Origin: the human T2T-CHM13v2.0 reference genome, Homo sapiens
Reading direction: 5' to 3' (one strand)
Length of the DNA stretch: 64,000 nucleotides
Assembly: GCF_009914755.1 (NCBI RefSeq)
Contig: NC_060931.1
Below are positions 43,173 to 64,000 of this stretch, piece by piece. The stretch's first letter is position 1. Every line of letters starts with the position of its first letter. The notes beneath the pieces were generated by a model. The model searched no databases. It saw only the letters and a list, made by a program, of their open reading frames with translations, and had not been told where the DNA came from. The position numbers and the translations under genes were made by a program.

Positions 43173-44059
43173 TAGGTTCAAGTGATTCTTCTGCCTTAGC
43201 CTCCTGAGTAGCTGGGACTACAGGCGTGCACCACTATGCTGACTAATTTTTGTATTTTTAGTAGAGATGGGGTTTCACCATATTGGCCAGGCTGGTCTCG
43301 AACTCCTGACATCGTGATCAGCCTGCCTCGGCCTCCCAAAGTGCTGAGATTACAGGCGTGAGCCACCACTCCTAATCTCTATTTATTTTTTTCTACAAAT
43401 AAAATACTTTAAAAAATACAGGCACAAATAAAACATTCAGTAGTTGTTTCTCATCAAAGACACACTTTGATATCTAAGTGCATGTCAACATCACATGGAC
43501 CAGTCCACAATTGAACTGAGTGTAGAAGTTTCCTTTTCGTCATGTGACAGCCACGCTGAAGGAAGACACGCTTGGGTGTGGAGCAGAGCTGGGCGGATTT
43601 TGGCAGCCCCTCTAGGAGAAATGTTTTGGGAAAGACTCCTTTTCCACACAAAGCATCCCGGCCAGCCGAGCAGACCCATTCGTGGGCCTTAATCTCGTCT
43701 GAAGCGCCCTGGGAATCCACCCACACAGAACATTTCCTACATCCCTTGTCTTCAAAGCACTTTGCCACGGTTATCTAATCAATCTCCAGAGCAGTTTTTG
43801 GAAGGGAAGATGGTTTTCCTCAAGTCATGGTGCCTGCAAGTCAGGACTGCACAAGACAATGCGACCAGGAGCAGGAGGCTGTTTCCTGCCCCGGGAGAGT
43901 CCCCTGCTCTGTCGCGGACTCCGCCTGTTCCCTTCAAATCTCTTGGTGGAAATGGGGGCTGGAAGTCACGTTCCCTAGTCTATGAGCTGAAAGCCGTCAT
44001 CTGTAGCCATTGCCAATGAAGGGGTTTCGTTCAGTGTAAACACTACCAATGTGACTTAG

Positions 44060-44275
<216 letters not shown>

Positions 44276-44349
44276 TGAGGTAGGCGGATCACCTGAGGTC
44301 GAGAGTTTGAGACCAGCCTGACCAACGCAGAGAAACCTTGTCTCTACTA

Positions 44350-44887
<538 letters not shown>

Positions 44888-45052
44888 TCAAGTGATCCTC
44901 CTGCCTTGGCCTCCCAAAGTGCTACGATTACAGGTGTGGGCCACTGAGCCCAGCCTATGAATGTAAGTCTTGTCTGAACCTCTGTAAAACAGGAATAGTC
45001 GTCCATATGTCATGGGATTATTGGGAAGATAAAATGAGATCACGTGAGATCA

Positions 45053-45514
<462 letters not shown>

Positions 45515-45674
45515 TCACAGTTCAGGCTGGAGCGTGGCTGTTTCAGCTGTCATTGGGTGGGTTGCTGTGAGAGGCAGTGATGAAGGTACATGGGCTTTGG
45601 ATCTGTGCAGCCAGAAGGCCTGAGTTCAAAGCTTGGCTCCACCACTTCCCTGATGGGTGATGCCGGACTGGTTA

Positions 45675-46123
<449 letters not shown>

Positions 46124-46762
46124 TCACTCTGTCGCCCAGGCTGGAATGCAGTGGCGCAATCTCAGCTCACTGCAACCTCCGCCTCCCAGGTTCAAGCGAT
46201 TGTTGTGTCGCAGCCTCCTGACTAGCTGGGATTACAGGCAACCCCCAACACACCCAGCTAATTTTTGTATTTTTAGTAGAGATGGGGTTTCACCATGTTG
46301 GCCAGGCTGGTCTCGAATCCCTGACCTCAGGTGGTCCTCCCACACTGGCCTCCCAAAGTGCTGGGATTACAGGAGTGAGCCACCCCACCTGGCCTGTGGA
46401 ATTATTTGGAGGATACATGCGTTAACTCATCCAAGGTGCTCAGCTCAACTTTTGGCACGTTGAAAGGGGCCCATCAATGTTAGGTTTTTATGACTGTGAA
46501 AACCTGGCTGCGCTCCAGCATAGCATGCTGTTTCATGAACCAGTCTTTCTCTGCAGGCATGCAAACTTGCAAAGAAAGGCATTTAAGAGCACTACAAATT
46601 AGAACCACTGGAGAGCCAGGAAGTGGCTTGATTGTGTTGTGTGGTACAATTAAAGGTAAACCGACTAGCGAAATACCTACCCTGCAAATAGCTAGTGTGT
46701 GCATATGAGGATTAATTTATTTGGGGTGGATTCCTTTAAATCCTTCTTTTTTTTTTTTTTGA

Positions 46763-46981
<219 letters not shown>

Positions 46982-46984
46982 TGA

Positions 46985-47281
<297 letters not shown>

Positions 47282-47309
47282 TAGACTTGGTCTCAAAAAA
47301 AAAAAAAAG

Positions 47310-47491
47310 TGGGTATAAACATGACTGCAGAATTGCTCTGAGCTGCTACTCTCTGCCTACAGGGTAGCCCTGCCTCTTCAAACAAAGCTGTTTTCTTCTA
47401 CCTCTGGCTTGTCCTTGAAAAGTCTTTCCTGGGCAAAGCCAAGAAGACTTGTGGGCTAAGCTCCACTTGAGGGCTCGCCGGCCCTGCATTA
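47310..47491 (+). mobile_element. MER41-like ERV1 LTR, 3' fragment
   Basis: 'ctgagctgctactct...gggtagccctgc...tctttcctgggcaaagccaagaa...gggctaagctccac...ccctgcatta' resembles the MER41-group U5 end. Confidence 0.6.
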
Positions 47492-47623
47492 GATCCATGG
47501 AACAGATCATAAATCAGCAGTGTGCACTGTCTTATATGGCCATCAGGACAGTGCACCCAGCCCCACAGGACAAACAGACGGGCCTGTGTCCCCAGAGAAA
47601 TGAGGAAGTGAGGCTCAACATCA

Positions 47624-47965
<342 letters not shown>

Positions 47966-48295
47966 TCAAAAAAAAAAAAATAATAATTCTTATTTGAAAA
48001 GAGATCACTTTGACCCAACCAAAGGCTTTCAAAATGTTGTGAAAGGAATTCATGAAATTGTTTCTGACAAAGACCATGAAAACAAGAGAATCTAATGTGA
48101 AATTGAGAAGCATGTGAAAGCTAAAAGGCACTGCTGTGGCCAAATGACTCAAGGCGATTCTTCCATTCATACGGGACATGTTAGGGATCCAAGGACAGGC
48201 TGGGAGGAAAGAGACGTAACACTCGGGTCATCAAGCTGTTGTGATGTGGGAAGAGGAGGCGGTAGGTGAGAGAAAGCCACCTGCATGAGCAGTAA

Positions 48296-48824
<529 letters not shown>

Positions 48825-48827
48825 TGA

Positions 48828-49848
<1,021 letters not shown>

Positions 49849-50021
49849 TGAGTAGCTGGGATTACAGGCACATGCCACCATGCCCGGCTAATTTTTGTAT
49901 TTTTGATGGAGATGGGGTTTTACCACATTGGCCAGGCTGGTCTCCAACTCCTGACTTCAAGTGATCCACCCACCTCGGCCTCCCAAAGTGCTGGGATTAC
50001 GGGCGTGAGCTACCATGCCTG

Positions 50022-50062
<41 letters not shown>

Positions 50063-50108
50063 ATTCTTTGTGGATGGTGCTTTTGTTTTTCCTATTGGAT
50101 TGCATTAA

Positions 50109-50491
<383 letters not shown>

Positions 50492-51531
50492 TGACAGAGT
50501 CTTGCTCTGTTGCCCGTGCTGGAGTATAGTGCTGCAATCTCAGCTCACTGCAACCTCACCTCCCAGGTTCAAGTGATTCTCCTGCCTCAGCCTCCCGAGT
50601 AGCTGGGATTACAGGTGTGCACCACCATGCCTGGCTAATTTTTGTATTTTTAGTAGAGACAGGCTTTTACCATGTTGGTCAGGGTGGCCTTAAACTCTTG
50701 ACCTCAAGTCATCTACCCATCTTGGCCTCCCAAAGTGCTGGGATTACAGTCGTGAGCCACCATGCCCAGCCAGTTTTATCTCTTTGGATTAGTGTTTGTG
50801 GATTACACAGTTTCTTTCTTTCTTTTTATTTTCAGATGCCTGGTTAAGTTTTCCTAATCAAATCTTGCTGGGGCAAACTATTGATGCTAGTCATTCAGCC
50901 CTTAAAATAAACATATTCACAGTTTTTTCTCAGTAGTAGTGGTCAGAAGGCCGAGCATGATGGCTCACTCCTGTAATTCCAGGACTTTGGAACATTAAGG
51001 CAGGAGGATTGCTTGAGGCAAGGAGTTTGAGATCAGCCTGGGCCACATAGTGAGATCCCATCTCTACAAAAAATTTAAAATAGCTGGGCATGGTGATGCA
51101 TGCCTGTAGCCCCAGCTACTCTGGAGGCTGAGGTGAGAGGATCACTTGAGCCCAGGAGTCTGAGGCTGCAGTGAGCTATAATTGCATCACTGCACTCCAG
51201 CGAAGGCGACAGAGTGATATCCCATCTCTTAAAAACAACAACAACAACAACAACATAAACCCCAATAGGCTGTGTGTGGCGGCTCACGCCTGTAATTCCA
51301 GCACTTTGGAGGCCGAAGTGGGAGGATCACTTGAGACCAGGAGTTTGAGACCAGCTTGCTCAACATGGTGAAACTCTGTCTCTACTAAAAAATGCAAAAA
51401 TTAGCTGAGCATGGTGGCATGTGCCCGTAATCACAGCTGAGGCTGAAGAATTGCTTGAACCCGGGAGGTGGAGGTTGCATGAGCTGAGATCACGCCACTG
51501 CACTCCAGCTTGGGTGACGGAGCGAGACTCC

Positions 51532-51563
<32 letters not shown>

Positions 51564-51701
51564 TAAATAAATAAATAAAAGGGCTGAGTGTGATGGCTTA
51601 AGCCTATAATCCAGCACTTTGGGAGGCCAAGGTGGGCAGATCACCTGGGGTCAGGAGTTCGAGACCAGCCTGGCCAACATGGCGAAACCCCGTCTCTATT
51701 A

Positions 51702-51914
<213 letters not shown>

Positions 51915-52678
51915 TTACTTTTGCACCAACATAATACTTTGCAGCTCTGCTCAACTCAATCTCAGGGGTGATATGGCAGAGTGGAGAGCCATCTTGGGGT
52001 GGTGTAATAGCCACGAGACGTGGGTCAAGGCCCTGCTGCAAGTTCCAAGTAGCTCCAAATAGCTGGTTGACCTTAGGCAAATTCGGGACCATTAAGGCTC
52101 AGCTACACAGAATGTGTGCTGTATAAATCCAGAGTGCATCATTCCCATAGATTGCAAAGTGCATGGTAATCCTTGCAGTTGTGCAGTCTACAACCTGAAC
52201 AAGGGTTTGTAGCCACTCTGGGACCTTATACAACATTCTGTAGGTCCCAGGTTTTTTGTTTGTTTGTTTGTTTTTGGGAGATAGGGTTTCGCTCCAGGCT
52301 GGAGTACAATGGTACATCATAGCTCACTGCAGCCTCAATCTCCCGGGCTCAAGCAATCCTCCCACCTCAGCCTCTAGAGTAGCTGGGCCTACAGGGATGT
52401 GCCACCACGTAGGGTTAATTTTTGTATTTTTATAGAGATGGGGGTCTTGCTATGTTGTTCATGCTGATCTCGAACTCCTGCTTCGGGCAAAACAGTTTCA
52501 TTTATTATTTAATTTTTTTGGTGACAAGGTCTCAGTCTGTCGCCCAGGCTGGATGGAGTGTAGTGACGTGATCATAGCTCACTGCAGTCTCAACCTCCTG
52601 GGCTGAAGTCAGCCTCCTCAGTAGCTGGGACCACAAGTGTGCTCTACTATGTCTGACTAATTTTTGTTTTTTGTATAG

Positions 52679-53308
<630 letters not shown>

Positions 53309-53563
53309 TAATTTTTGTATTTTTTTTGTAGAGACAGGGTCTCACCATGTTGCCCAGGCTGGTCTCGAACTTCTGAGCTCAAAGTTGATCTGTCCGCCTT
53401 CCAGTTTCGTTTCTTTAAACTGGCTGAACCAAGCAGGGTCCTGGCAGGAAAGAATGGAACCTGAATGGTTCAAATGAAGCAGCTTCAATGAAGAAGCCCT
53501 GGCTGAGCACGGTAGCTCACGCCTGTAATCCCAGGACTTTGGGATGCTGAGGCAGGTAGATCA

Positions 53564-53821
<258 letters not shown>

Positions 53822-55432
53822 CTAAGGAAGCAAAGGAGGAATGTCATGGTGCTGTTGGGGCCCAGTGAGAGCTGTAGTATTGGAGGGGGTGCTGCTATCG
53901 CCAGAGACTTAGGCATCCGAAGCTGGAGGGAGAAGACCCTAATCTGAAGCTCGCTCTCCTCCTGATCTTTTCTCTTGATCCCTCCCACTGGCTAAATCCA
54001 CCGCAGAGTGCAATGAGTAAGGCGGCCAGGCGATGCCATTCACTGGGCTCAACCTCCCAGGGCTCAGAGCAGGGCAGAGAAGGGCAGACAGTGGCTCTGG
54101 AGCAGGGGATGGCGTCAAACAGAGGAAAAGCATTACCTCGGGGAATCGGGAGATCGGGAGTTGGAAATTAGGTCTAAGAATCTTTACAGGCCGGGCGCAG
54201 TGGCTCATGCCTGTAATCCCAGCACTTTTGGAGGCCGAGGCAGATAGATAATTTGAGGTCAGGAGTTCGAGAGCAGCCTGACCAACATGGTGAAACCCCG
54301 TCTCTACTAAAAATACAAAAAAATTAGCCGGACATGGTGGTTAGCACCTGTAATCCCAGCTACTCGGGAGGCCAAGGCATGAGAATCACTTGAGCTCTGG
54401 AGGCTGAGGTTGCAGTGAGCAGAGATCACAAATCCTCACAGCTCATTCTTTCATTCGTTCACAGTTGCAAATATCAAGCCTTTTGTTTTCTCTCTCCCTT
54501 CCTTCCTCCCTTCCTTCCTTCTCTCTCTCTCTCTTTCTTTCTCCCTTTCTCTCTCTTTCTTTCTTTTCTTTTTCTTTTTTTTTGAGACAGACTCTCATTC
54601 TGTTGCCCAGGCAGTACAGTGGCATGGTCATGGCTCACTACAGCTTTGAATTCCCGGGCTCAAGTGATCCTCCCACCTCAGCCTCCTGAGCAGCTGGAAT
54701 TATAGGTATGCAGCACCACACTTGGCTAATTTTTGCATTTTTCTTTTTTCACTCTGTTGCCCAGGCTGGAGTGCAGTGGCATGTAATCTCAGCTCACTGC
54801 AACCTCTGCCTCCCAGATTCTCCTGCCTCAACCTCCCGAGTAGCTGAAATTACAGGTGCATGCCACCACGCCCAGCTAATTTTTGTATTTTTAGTAGAGG
54901 TGGTGTTTCACCATGTTGACCACACTGGTTTTGAACTCTTGACCTCAAGTGATCCACCCGTCTTGGCCTCCCAAAGTGCTAGGATTATAGGCGTGAGCCA
55001 CCTCGCCTGGCCATTTTTTGTTGTTGTTCTCAACTGAGATGGAGTCTCGCTCTGTTGCCCAGGCTGGAGCACAGTGGTGCAATCTCGGCTCACTGCAACC
55101 TCTGCTGCCTGGATTCAAGAGATTCTCAAGCCTCAGCCTCCCAAGTAGCTGGGAGTACAGCCCGCACATGTATTTTTTTTTTTTTTTTTTTTTTGGTAGA
55201 GAAGGGGTTTTGCCATATTGGCCAGGGTGGTCTTGAACTCCTGGCCTCAAGTGATCCGCAGACTTTGGCCTCCCAAAGAGCTGGAATTACAGGGGTGAGC
55301 CACTATGCCCAGCCTCTTTATACTTTTCTTTTCTCTTTTCTCTCTATCTCTCTTTCCTTCCTTCTCTATCTTTGTTTCTCCTTCTTTATTTTTCTTTATT
55401 GCCTTTTTCCACGTGTTCTGAAACTTACTTTC

Positions 55433-55486
55433 GTTCCTTCCTTCCTTCCTTCCTTCCTTCCTTCCTTTCTTTCCTTCTTTCTTTCT

Positions 55487-55552
<66 letters not shown>
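55433..55552. repeat. (TTCC)n/(TTTC)n polypyrimidine microsatellite
   Basis: About 120 bp of pure pyrimidine tetranucleotide repeat ahead of an antisense Alu. Confidence 0.92.
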
Positions 55553-55553
<1 letters not shown>

Positions 55554-55698
55554 GATGGGGTCTCACTCTATCACCTATGCTGGAGTACTGTGGTGCAATC
55601 ATGGCTCACTGCAGCCTCAAACTCCTGGGCTCAAGCCATCCTCCTACCTCAACCTCCTGAGTAGCTGGGACCACAGGGGCACTACAACACATGGCTGA

Positions 55699-56296
<598 letters not shown>

Positions 56297-57132
56297 TCAG
56301 GACACCCTGGAGGGACTGGAGGGGACAGCAGGGAAGTCAGAGGGAGATTTGATGGCCGAGTGCAGTAGCCTCGGCCTGTAATCCCAGCACTTTGGGAGGC
56401 CAAGGCAGGAGGACTGCTTGAGTCCAGAAGTTCAAGACCAGCCTGGGCAACATATCAAGACCCTGTCTCTATTAAAAAGAGATTAGGGTGGGACAAGGCT
56501 GGCGCTCCCACCTGCACCAGGCAGGTAGCAGCCTCTGGGTGGCTCCAAGAAGCACACACTGAGCTGGAGGGCTGCCTCCCTATGGCAGTGTCACTCTGGG
56601 TGGCTCTGAGAGGCCACGCTGACCAGCCTGAAGGCATGTTAGAGTGGGACCAAACAGCCGCATGGGGCTTGGAAACCAAACGGGTTCCCTCCTTAAGTCA
56701 CCTCCTCCCCATAAGATTTTGATTAAATCGTCAGGGTCTTCTGGTCACAACTAAAGCGTCAGCTTTAATAATGCCTTAATTTAAAAATCCTTGAAATAAT
56801 CTCTGGCTGTCTTTAGCATGAAAGGATTTCCTTCCTCCCCGCCCCCCCACCAAAGCCTTTAATTCTGCAGTCATCTAGGTTTCCAATGGAAGGTAACTCT
56901 GCGGGACTTTCATGGTACTAATTAATGACTCTAATCAGCATTCCAGTCTAACTGCTTTCTCCCTGTCTATTTTCTGGTTGCTTAACAAAGGGCTTACCTA
57001 GAACTTGTTTCAACTTCAAACAGACACTTCATAACAGTAAATTGCAATAAGGTTTTATCAAGTGAAATAACATTTTCATGCTCTTTCTACGGGGTCTTGG
57101 TATCAATGCAAATCCACTCTTAGGAAACATGA

Positions 57133-57501
<369 letters not shown>

Positions 57502-57510
57502 TAAATTTAG

Positions 57511-57663
<153 letters not shown>

Positions 57664-58495
57664 TAAAAACTTTTTGTAGAGACAGGGTCTTGTTATATTT
57701 CCCAGGCTGGTTTCGAACTCCTGGGCTCAAGCTATCCTCTTACCTCCTGAGTAGCTGAGACTATAGGCTCATGCTACCACCTCTGGCTAATTTATTTTTT
57801 TATTATTTTATTATTTTTTATATATATTTGTTGAGACAGAGTCTTGCTCTGTTGCCCAGGCTGGAGTGCAGTGGCATGATCGTGGCTCATGGCAACCTCC
57901 GCTTCCCGGGTTCAAGCGATTCTCCCGAGTGGCTGGGATTATAGCTACACCATGCCCAGCTAATTTTTGTAGTTTTAGTAGAGACAAGGTTCTCCATGTT
58001 GGCCAGTCTGGTCTCGAACTCCTGACCTCAAGTGATCTGCCCACCTCAGCCTCCCAAAGTGCTGGAATTACAGATGAGAGCCACTGTGCCCAGCCTAATT
58101 TATTTTTTAATTAATTAATTATTTATTTGGAGATTGGGGGGCCTCGCTATATTGCCCAGGCTGTTCTCAAACTCCTGGCCTCAAGTAATCCTCCCACCTC
58201 AGTCTCCCAAAGGGCTGAGATGACAGGCTTCAGCCACCGAGCAAAAATTAGCTTCTGAGGAGCACAGGGTAGGTACTTTGATCACGTACCTCACAGATCC
58301 TCTATAAGTAATCAGCATAAGATGATGTAGGGCTGATATTTCCAGGACCATCTGGAGACTTTTGATTTGAAGATAGCCCTGGATGACCCTTTCTTAAGTA
58401 TTCAACTCAATAATTTTGGATAGAGATGTGTGAAGACAGGTCCTGGTCTTTATTGGAATGAATGATTAATTCTTTCTCTTGGGCTGGTTAAATGA

Positions 58496-58879
<384 letters not shown>

Positions 58880-59570
58880 TAGGCCTGGTGCGGTGGCTCA
58901 CGCCTGTAATCCCAGCACTTTGGGAGGCCCAGGCAGGTGGATCATGAGGTCAGGAGTTCGAGACCAGCCTGGCCAAGATGGTGAAACCCCATCTCTACTA
59001 AAATTACAAAAAAAAATTAGCCAAGCGTGGTGGCAGGCGCCTGTAATCCCGGCTGCTTGGGAGGCTGAAGCAGAGAATTGCTTGAACCCAGTAGGTGGAG
59101 GTTGCAGTGAGCCGAGACCGTGCCACTGTACTCCAGCGTGGGTGACAGAGCGAGACTCCGTCTCAAAAAAAAAAAAAATAAAGAAAGAAAATAAATAAGA
59201 ACACACAGTAAACACTTGTGTTGCTCAGGGTTGGAGAAACTTTAATGAATGCCCTCCAGATGCCTCCAGGAACTTAATGAGATGTTAAATGTGAAGGAAG
59301 CCCCGGTTGGAGCTGACCTCACCTGCAGCCTCTGCCCACTGAGCTGCCAGCTTAAGTGCCGAGTGCAGGAGCTGTGTTTTGGGGCCGCCTCCCACACGGC
59401 AGCGTGGCCTGCAGCTCTCCTTTCTCTGGGGGCTTGTGAGACTGAACCTCATGGTTCGTTGATCCACTCAGATATCCAGCTAATACTTACTAAGGTGTGA
59501 TTAGTATGGCTGGGCATGGTGGCTCACACCTGTAATCCCAGCACTTTGGGAGGCCGAGGCGGGCAGATCA

Positions 59571-59852
<282 letters not shown>

Positions 59853-61871
59853 TTATCCTGTTCTCCGAGTGTGCACTCTGTCGTGCACTGTGTTAACATG
59901 GCAGATGTGTTAGGAAGTGAGCATGAGGCCAGGCGCGGTGGCTAATGCCTGTAATCCCAGCACTTTGAGAGGCCAAGGTGGGAGGATTGCCTGAGGCCAG
60001 GAATTTAAGGCCAGCCTGGGCAACAAAGCAAGATCCCATCTCTACCAAAAAAAAAAAAAAAAAATTAGCTGAGCAGGGCGGTGCAGACACCTGCAGTCTC
60101 AGCTACTTGGGAGGCTGAGGTGGGAGGATCACCTGAGCCCAGGAAGTTGAGGCTGCAGAGAGCCATGATTGCACCATTGCAGCCTAAACAACAGAGTGAG
60201 ACCTTATCTCTTAAAAAAAAAAAGTGGCCAGGCACCGAGGCTCACACCTGTAATCCCAGTATTTGGGAGGCCGAGCTGGAGGGATCACTTGAGGTCAGGA
60301 GTTTGAGACCAGCCTGGCCAACATGGTGGAAACCCCATCTCTGCTAAAAACACAAAAACTTAGCCAGGCATTGTGGCAGGTGCCTGTAATCCCACTCCAC
60401 TTACTCCGGAAGCTAAGGTAGGAGAATCGCTTGAACCCGGGAGACGGAGGTTGCAGTGAGCTGAGCCTGGGCAGCAGAGCAAGACTGTCTCCAAAAAAAA
60501 AAAAAAAAAAAAAAACCCATAAAAAAAAGTGGTCATGCCGAGGGGAGGTGAATGTAGTCATAAGGCGGTGAAAAGATCTTTGGGAGCACAGAGGATGTGC
60601 ATGATAAATTTTATTTTATTTATTTTATTTTATTTATTTTTTTGAGACAGCATCTTGTCTGGAGTGCAGTGGCACGATCACAGTGCACTGCAGCCTCGAC
60701 CTCCTGGGCTCAAGTGATCCTCCCGCCTCAACCTCCAAAAGCGTTGGGATTATATGAATGAGTCACAGCGCCTGATTGGGTTCGGTTTTGGTTTTTTTGT
60801 TTTTGCCTTTTTGAGACAGTCCCCCTCTGTCACCCATGCTGGAGCACAGTGGCTCACTGCAACCTCCACCTCCTGGGTTCAAGCGATTCTCGTGCCTTAG
60901 CCTCCTGAGTAGCTGGGATTACAGACGTGCGCCACCACACCCTGGTAATTTTTGTATTTTTAGTAAAGACGGGGTTTCACGATATAGACCAGGCTGGTCT
61001 CGAACTCCTGGTCTCATGTGATCTGGCCTGCCTCAGCCTCCCAAAGTGCTAGGATTAGAGGTGTGAGCCACCATGCCCAGCCCGGGTTCAGTTTTTAACT
61101 TGCTGAGTCTGAGGGCCTATGGGAGGGGAGGATGCCGATGTCTGGGGGCGGACGGGGCAGCGCCGCCCTCTCAGCGATTGCCGGGGCCATGGCTTGCTCT
61201 CTGCTGTGCCTGGCTTTTGCACACTTTTTTGGTTTTGCTCCTTGGATTTTCATTTCCCACTGCCACCCAGCCCTCCAGCTGCGGACCTGGTCTCCTTTTT
61301 ATATTTATGCACGTATTTTCTTTATTTTTTGAGACAGTGTCTTGCTGTGTCACCTAGGCTGGTGTGCAGTGGCACAAACATGGCTCACTGCAGCCTTGAT
61401 CTCCTGAGCTCAGGTGATCCTCCTGCCTCAGCCTTCCATTTAGCTGGGACCACAGGCGCACGCTAGCATGCCTGGCTAATTTTTTTTTATTTTTGTAGAG
61501 ATGGGGTCTCACTTTATTGTCCTGTTCTCAAACTCCTGGGCTCCAGTGATCCTCCCACCTCGGCCTCCAAAACTGTTGGGATTATAGGTGTGAGCCACCA
61601 CAACTGCCCTGGACTTGCTCTTCAGAAGACCATGGCTTCCTCTTGCAACCTGTAGCCTGAGGCTGGTCTCCAAAGCCGCACAGATGCCTCCTCCTCACGG
61701 TTTTTTTCATGAGCTCTGGGCTTCCTGGGTGGGGCTGGAGGTGAGGAAGGGATTTGAGAATTGGGGGATTGATTGTATCTCAAGGCAGAACTCTGGCTCA
61801 TTGGTCAGCCGCCTCTGGGAGATGTCCTCTCTCCAGCTCGGTGTGCCTGCACAGGTTTGAGTCCCTGCTGT

Positions 61872-63347
61872 TGAGAGATGACATTGTGCTGGCAGTCCTC
61901 AGAGCCCTCGCTTGCTCTCGGCACCTCCTCTGCCTGGGCTCCCACTTTGGCGGCACTTGAGGAGCCCTTCAGCCCACCACTGCACTGGGGGAGCCCCTTT
62001 CTGGGCTGGCCAAGGCTGGAGCCCACTCCCTCAGCTTGCAGGGAGGTGTGGAGGGAGAGGCGCGAGCAGGAACCGGGGCTGCATGCGGCGCTTGCGGGCC
62101 AGCTGGAGTTCTGGGTGGGCGTGGGCTTGGCGGGCCCTGCACTCGGAGCAGTCGGCCAGCCCTGCTGGCCCCGGGCAATGAGGGACTTAGCACCCGGGCC
62201 AGCAGCTGCGGAGGGTGTACTGGGTCCCCCAGCAGTGCCAGCCCACCGGCGCTGCGCTCGATTTCTCACCGAGCCTTAGCTGCCTTCCCGCGGGGCAGGG
62301 CTCGGGACCTGCAGCCCGCTATGCCTGAGCCTCCCACCCACTCCATGGGCTCCTGTGCAGCCCGAGCCTCCCCGACGAGCACCACCCCCTGCTCCAGGGC
62401 GCTCAGTCCCATCGACCACCCAAGGGCTGAGAAGTGCGAGCGCATGGCACGGGACTGGCAGGCAGCTCCACCTGCAGCCCCGGTGTGGGATTCACTGGGT
62501 GAAGCCAGCTGGGCTCCTGAGTCTGATGGGGCCTTGGAGGACCTTTATGTCTAGCTCAGGGATTGTAAATACACCAATCAGCACCCTGTGTTTAGCTCAA
62601 GGTTTGTGAGTGCACCAATCCACACTCTGTATCTAGCTGCTCTGGTGGGGCCTTGGATAACCTTTATGTCTAGCTCAGGGATTGTAAATACACCAATCAG
62701 CACCCTGTGTTTAGCTCCAGGTTTGTGAGTGCACCAATCGACACTCTGTATCTAGCTGCTCTGGTGGGGCCTTGGAGAACCTTTGTGTCAATACTCTGTA
62801 TCTAACTAATCTGATGGGGACGTGGAGAACGTTTATATCTAGCTCAGGGATTGTAAACGCACCAATCAGCACCCTGTCAAAACAGGCCACTAGGCTCTAC
62901 CAATCAGCAGGATGTGGGTGGGGCCAGATAAGAGAATAAAAGCAGGCTGCCCGAGCCAGCAGTAGCAATTTGCTCGGGTCCTCTGCCAGAGTGTGGAAGT
63001 CTTGTTGTTTTGCTCTTTGGGTCTACACTGCTTTTATGAGCTGTAACACTCACCGCGAAGGTCTGCAGCTTCACTCTTGAAGCCAGTGAGACCATGAGCC
63101 CACCGGGAGAAACGAACCACTCCAGACGCGCCGCTTTAAGAGCTGTAACACTCACTGTGAAGGTCTGTAGCTTCACTCCTGAGCCAGCGCGACCACGAAC
63201 CCACCAGAAGGAAGAAACTCCGAACACATCCGAACATCAGAAAGAAACTCCAGACGCACCACCTTAAGAGCTGTAACGTTCACCGTGAGGGTCCGTGGCT
63301 TCATTCTTTAAGTCAGTGAGACCAAGGACCCACCAATTCTGGACACA
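61872..63347 (+). mobile_element. LTR12C (ERV9) solo LTR, 1476 bp
   Basis: Starts tgagagatgac...ggcagtcctcagagccctcgcttgctctcgg; GC-rich U3; tandem CCAATC repeats (62570-62905); AATAAA TATA-like box at 62935; U5 repeats; ends ccaattctggacaca. 4-bp TSD CTGT at 61868-61871 and 63348-63351. Confidence 0.93.
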
Positions 63348-63550
63348 CTGTGAGCACAGGTATGAGCCCCTGTGGTGTGCACAGGTGTGAGTCCCTGCCA
63401 AGAGCACATGTGTGTTTAGTTGGGCGTGCGCCTTTGGTTCAAACCTAGCCCCTTCATGTTTCAGCCATCTCAGCCCCACACACAGTATTACCTTTGACCC
63501 TCTGCCCACCTCTGCCTCAAGGCACCTCCCTACCTCTTAGCTTTGTTTGA

Positions 63551-64000
<450 letters not shown>

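Noticed and set aside
61805-62609. Long ORFs of 130-170 aa
   Set aside because: They lie inside the GC-rich U3 of LTR12C; a common artefact.
62540-62880. Regular repeats resembling a CRISPR-like array
   Set aside because: These are the normal CCAAT-containing tandem repeats of the LTR12 U3; eukaryotic context and no unique spacers.

Overview
Alu-saturated primate (almost certainly human, 7q22.1) genomic window. It contains: exons 1-2 of an AZGP1/ZAG-like MHC-I-fold paralogue (minus strand, probably AZGP1P2); the complete 5-exon IFT22/RABL5 CDS (minus strand, 185 aa) with a CpG-island promoter carrying an RFX X-box; solo LTRs (LTR8 x2, LTR13 with 6-bp TSD, LTR12C with 4-bp TSD); a MADE1 MITE; old L1 fragments. 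The key observation is a tandem triplication (~12.0-25.1 kb) of the 5' end of an ancient LINE-1. Each copy keeps a CpG-rich promoter with GC-box and YY1 motif, a GT-AG intron with branch point, an intact 124-129 aa ORF and a poly(A) signal. The ORF is the N-terminal domain plus coiled coil of L1 ORF1p and stops at the same position in all three copies, before the RRM/CTD. The middle of the coiled coil has diverged massively and almost only non-synonymously between copies, with no stop or frameshift. As I recall, copies 1 and 3 are annotated only as lncRNAs (LNCPRESS1, EMSLR). I infer a candidate family of domesticated, positively selected mini-ORF1p genes, possibly dominant-negative L1 restriction factors. 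This is unproven without translation and orthologue data.
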